This document shows, piece by piece, positions 63,167 through 64,000 of a stretch of DNA of 64,000 nucleotides. The notes below the pieces were generated by a model that was not told the origin of the DNA, ran no database searches, and saw only the letters and a list, made by a program, of their open reading frames with translations. How positions within the stretch are numbered: position 1 is the stretch's first letter; every line of letters begins with the position of its first letter. Source of the stretch: Octopus vulgaris (lineage: Eukaryota); contig OX597815.1 in assembly GCA_951406725.2 (NCBI GenBank), forward strand, positions 92,566,001-92,630,000, in the 5' to 3' direction. Made by a program: the position numbers and the translations under genes.

Positions 63167-63292
63167 ATGCCAGAAGAACAGGCATTTTGTGTATTAGTGA
63201 AAATTATGTTTGATTATGGTCTTCGAGATCTGTTTAAACAAGGTTTTGAGGAATTACATCTCAAATTTTACCAAATCCAACGGTTCATGCAT
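63167..63292 (+). CDS. RABGAP1: RABGAP1 exon (TBC)
   Basis: TTCCAG acceptor, CAT|GTAAGT donor. MPEEQAFCVLVKIMFDYGLRDLFK...FYQIQRFMH. Confidence 0.96.
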
Positions 63293-63706
63293 GTAAGTAT
63301 GATGAATTACTTGATAACCATTTTAGGAGAAATTCTTTGTTCAGTTTTAAAGATTATCGTGATTCAGTTAATATAAATAATTTTTAAAGATTATCTCTAG
63401 ATATGTGGCTCTATTGATACAAGTACCATTTAAAGATTATCTTCTGATATGTGATTCTATAAGTATAAATATTATTTAAAGATCATCACCAAATGTGAAA
63501 GTCTCTTAATATATCTCCTAATGACTATTTTCAAATAGATAATTCTGTTAATATAGAAAAATTTATCTCAATTTTTTAATATATTTTTAAACCTATATAA
63601 ATATATTTTATCTATAGACAAGTAACTCAGTGAATATACATATAGTCTATAAGATTATTTCTAGATGTATGTTTCTGTTTATTTATATTTTTTCATTTCT
63701 TAACAG

Positions 63707-63850
63707 GACTTGCTGCCTGACTTGTATAATCACTTTATGGATATGGGTCTAGAAGCTCATATGTTTGCCTCTCAGTGGTTCCTAACTCTTTTTACTGCTA
63801 AATTCCCCCTTCACATGGTGTTCCATGTGCTAGACCTTTATCTTAGTGAG
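63707..63850 (+). CDS. RABGAP1: RABGAP1 exon (TBC)
   Basis: TAACAG acceptor, GAG|GTGAGT donor. DLLPDLYNHFMDMGLEAHMFASQWFLTLFTAKFPLHMVFHVLDLYLSE. Confidence 0.96.
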
Positions 63851-64000
63851 GTGAGTTCATTCTAATCTTCATTTATCATTGTTAACATCATCCTTATAGT
63901 CATCATCAACAGCAGTAATATTAGACCTAAGTAGAAGATAACTTAACAATTGCCCATCTGTTCTTCCAGTATGATTCTGTTAGGTTGGCAACTAAGTTCC

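Overview
AT-rich, repeat-dense animal genomic DNA. The SINE families and microsatellite load resemble an octopus/cephalopod genome (inference from recognising the repeats; not verified). The window lies inside one large + strand gene, a RABGAP1/RABGAP1L (GAPCenA) homologue. Twelve coding exons (27533-63850) have GT-AG boundaries and chain in phase; they encode the PTB domain, the kinesin-like/DUF3694 region and the first part of the TBC Rab-GAP domain. The start and stop codons are not securely in the window. The introns hold a young full-length Ty3/Gypsy element (39896-45241): 419-bp LTRs differing at 5 sites, GTAC TSD, tRNA-Trp PBS, a -1 frameshift signal, an open pol and a broken gag. They also hold remnants of a second Gypsy, Penelope-like, RTE, CR1, Helitron, Tc1, mariner, piggyBac, Kolobok-like and hAT elements, plus several SINE families. 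Most short ORFs in the track are microsatellite or SINE artefacts. I found no clearly new multi-gene system. The best leads are (1) splice-competent micro-exon architecture in the Gypsy leader, in frame with the host gene, (2) a candidate 24-nt host micro-exon, (3) a palindromic NRF1/ETS module in the LTR, (4) a minimal hammerhead ribozyme relic and (5) several long perfect hairpins.
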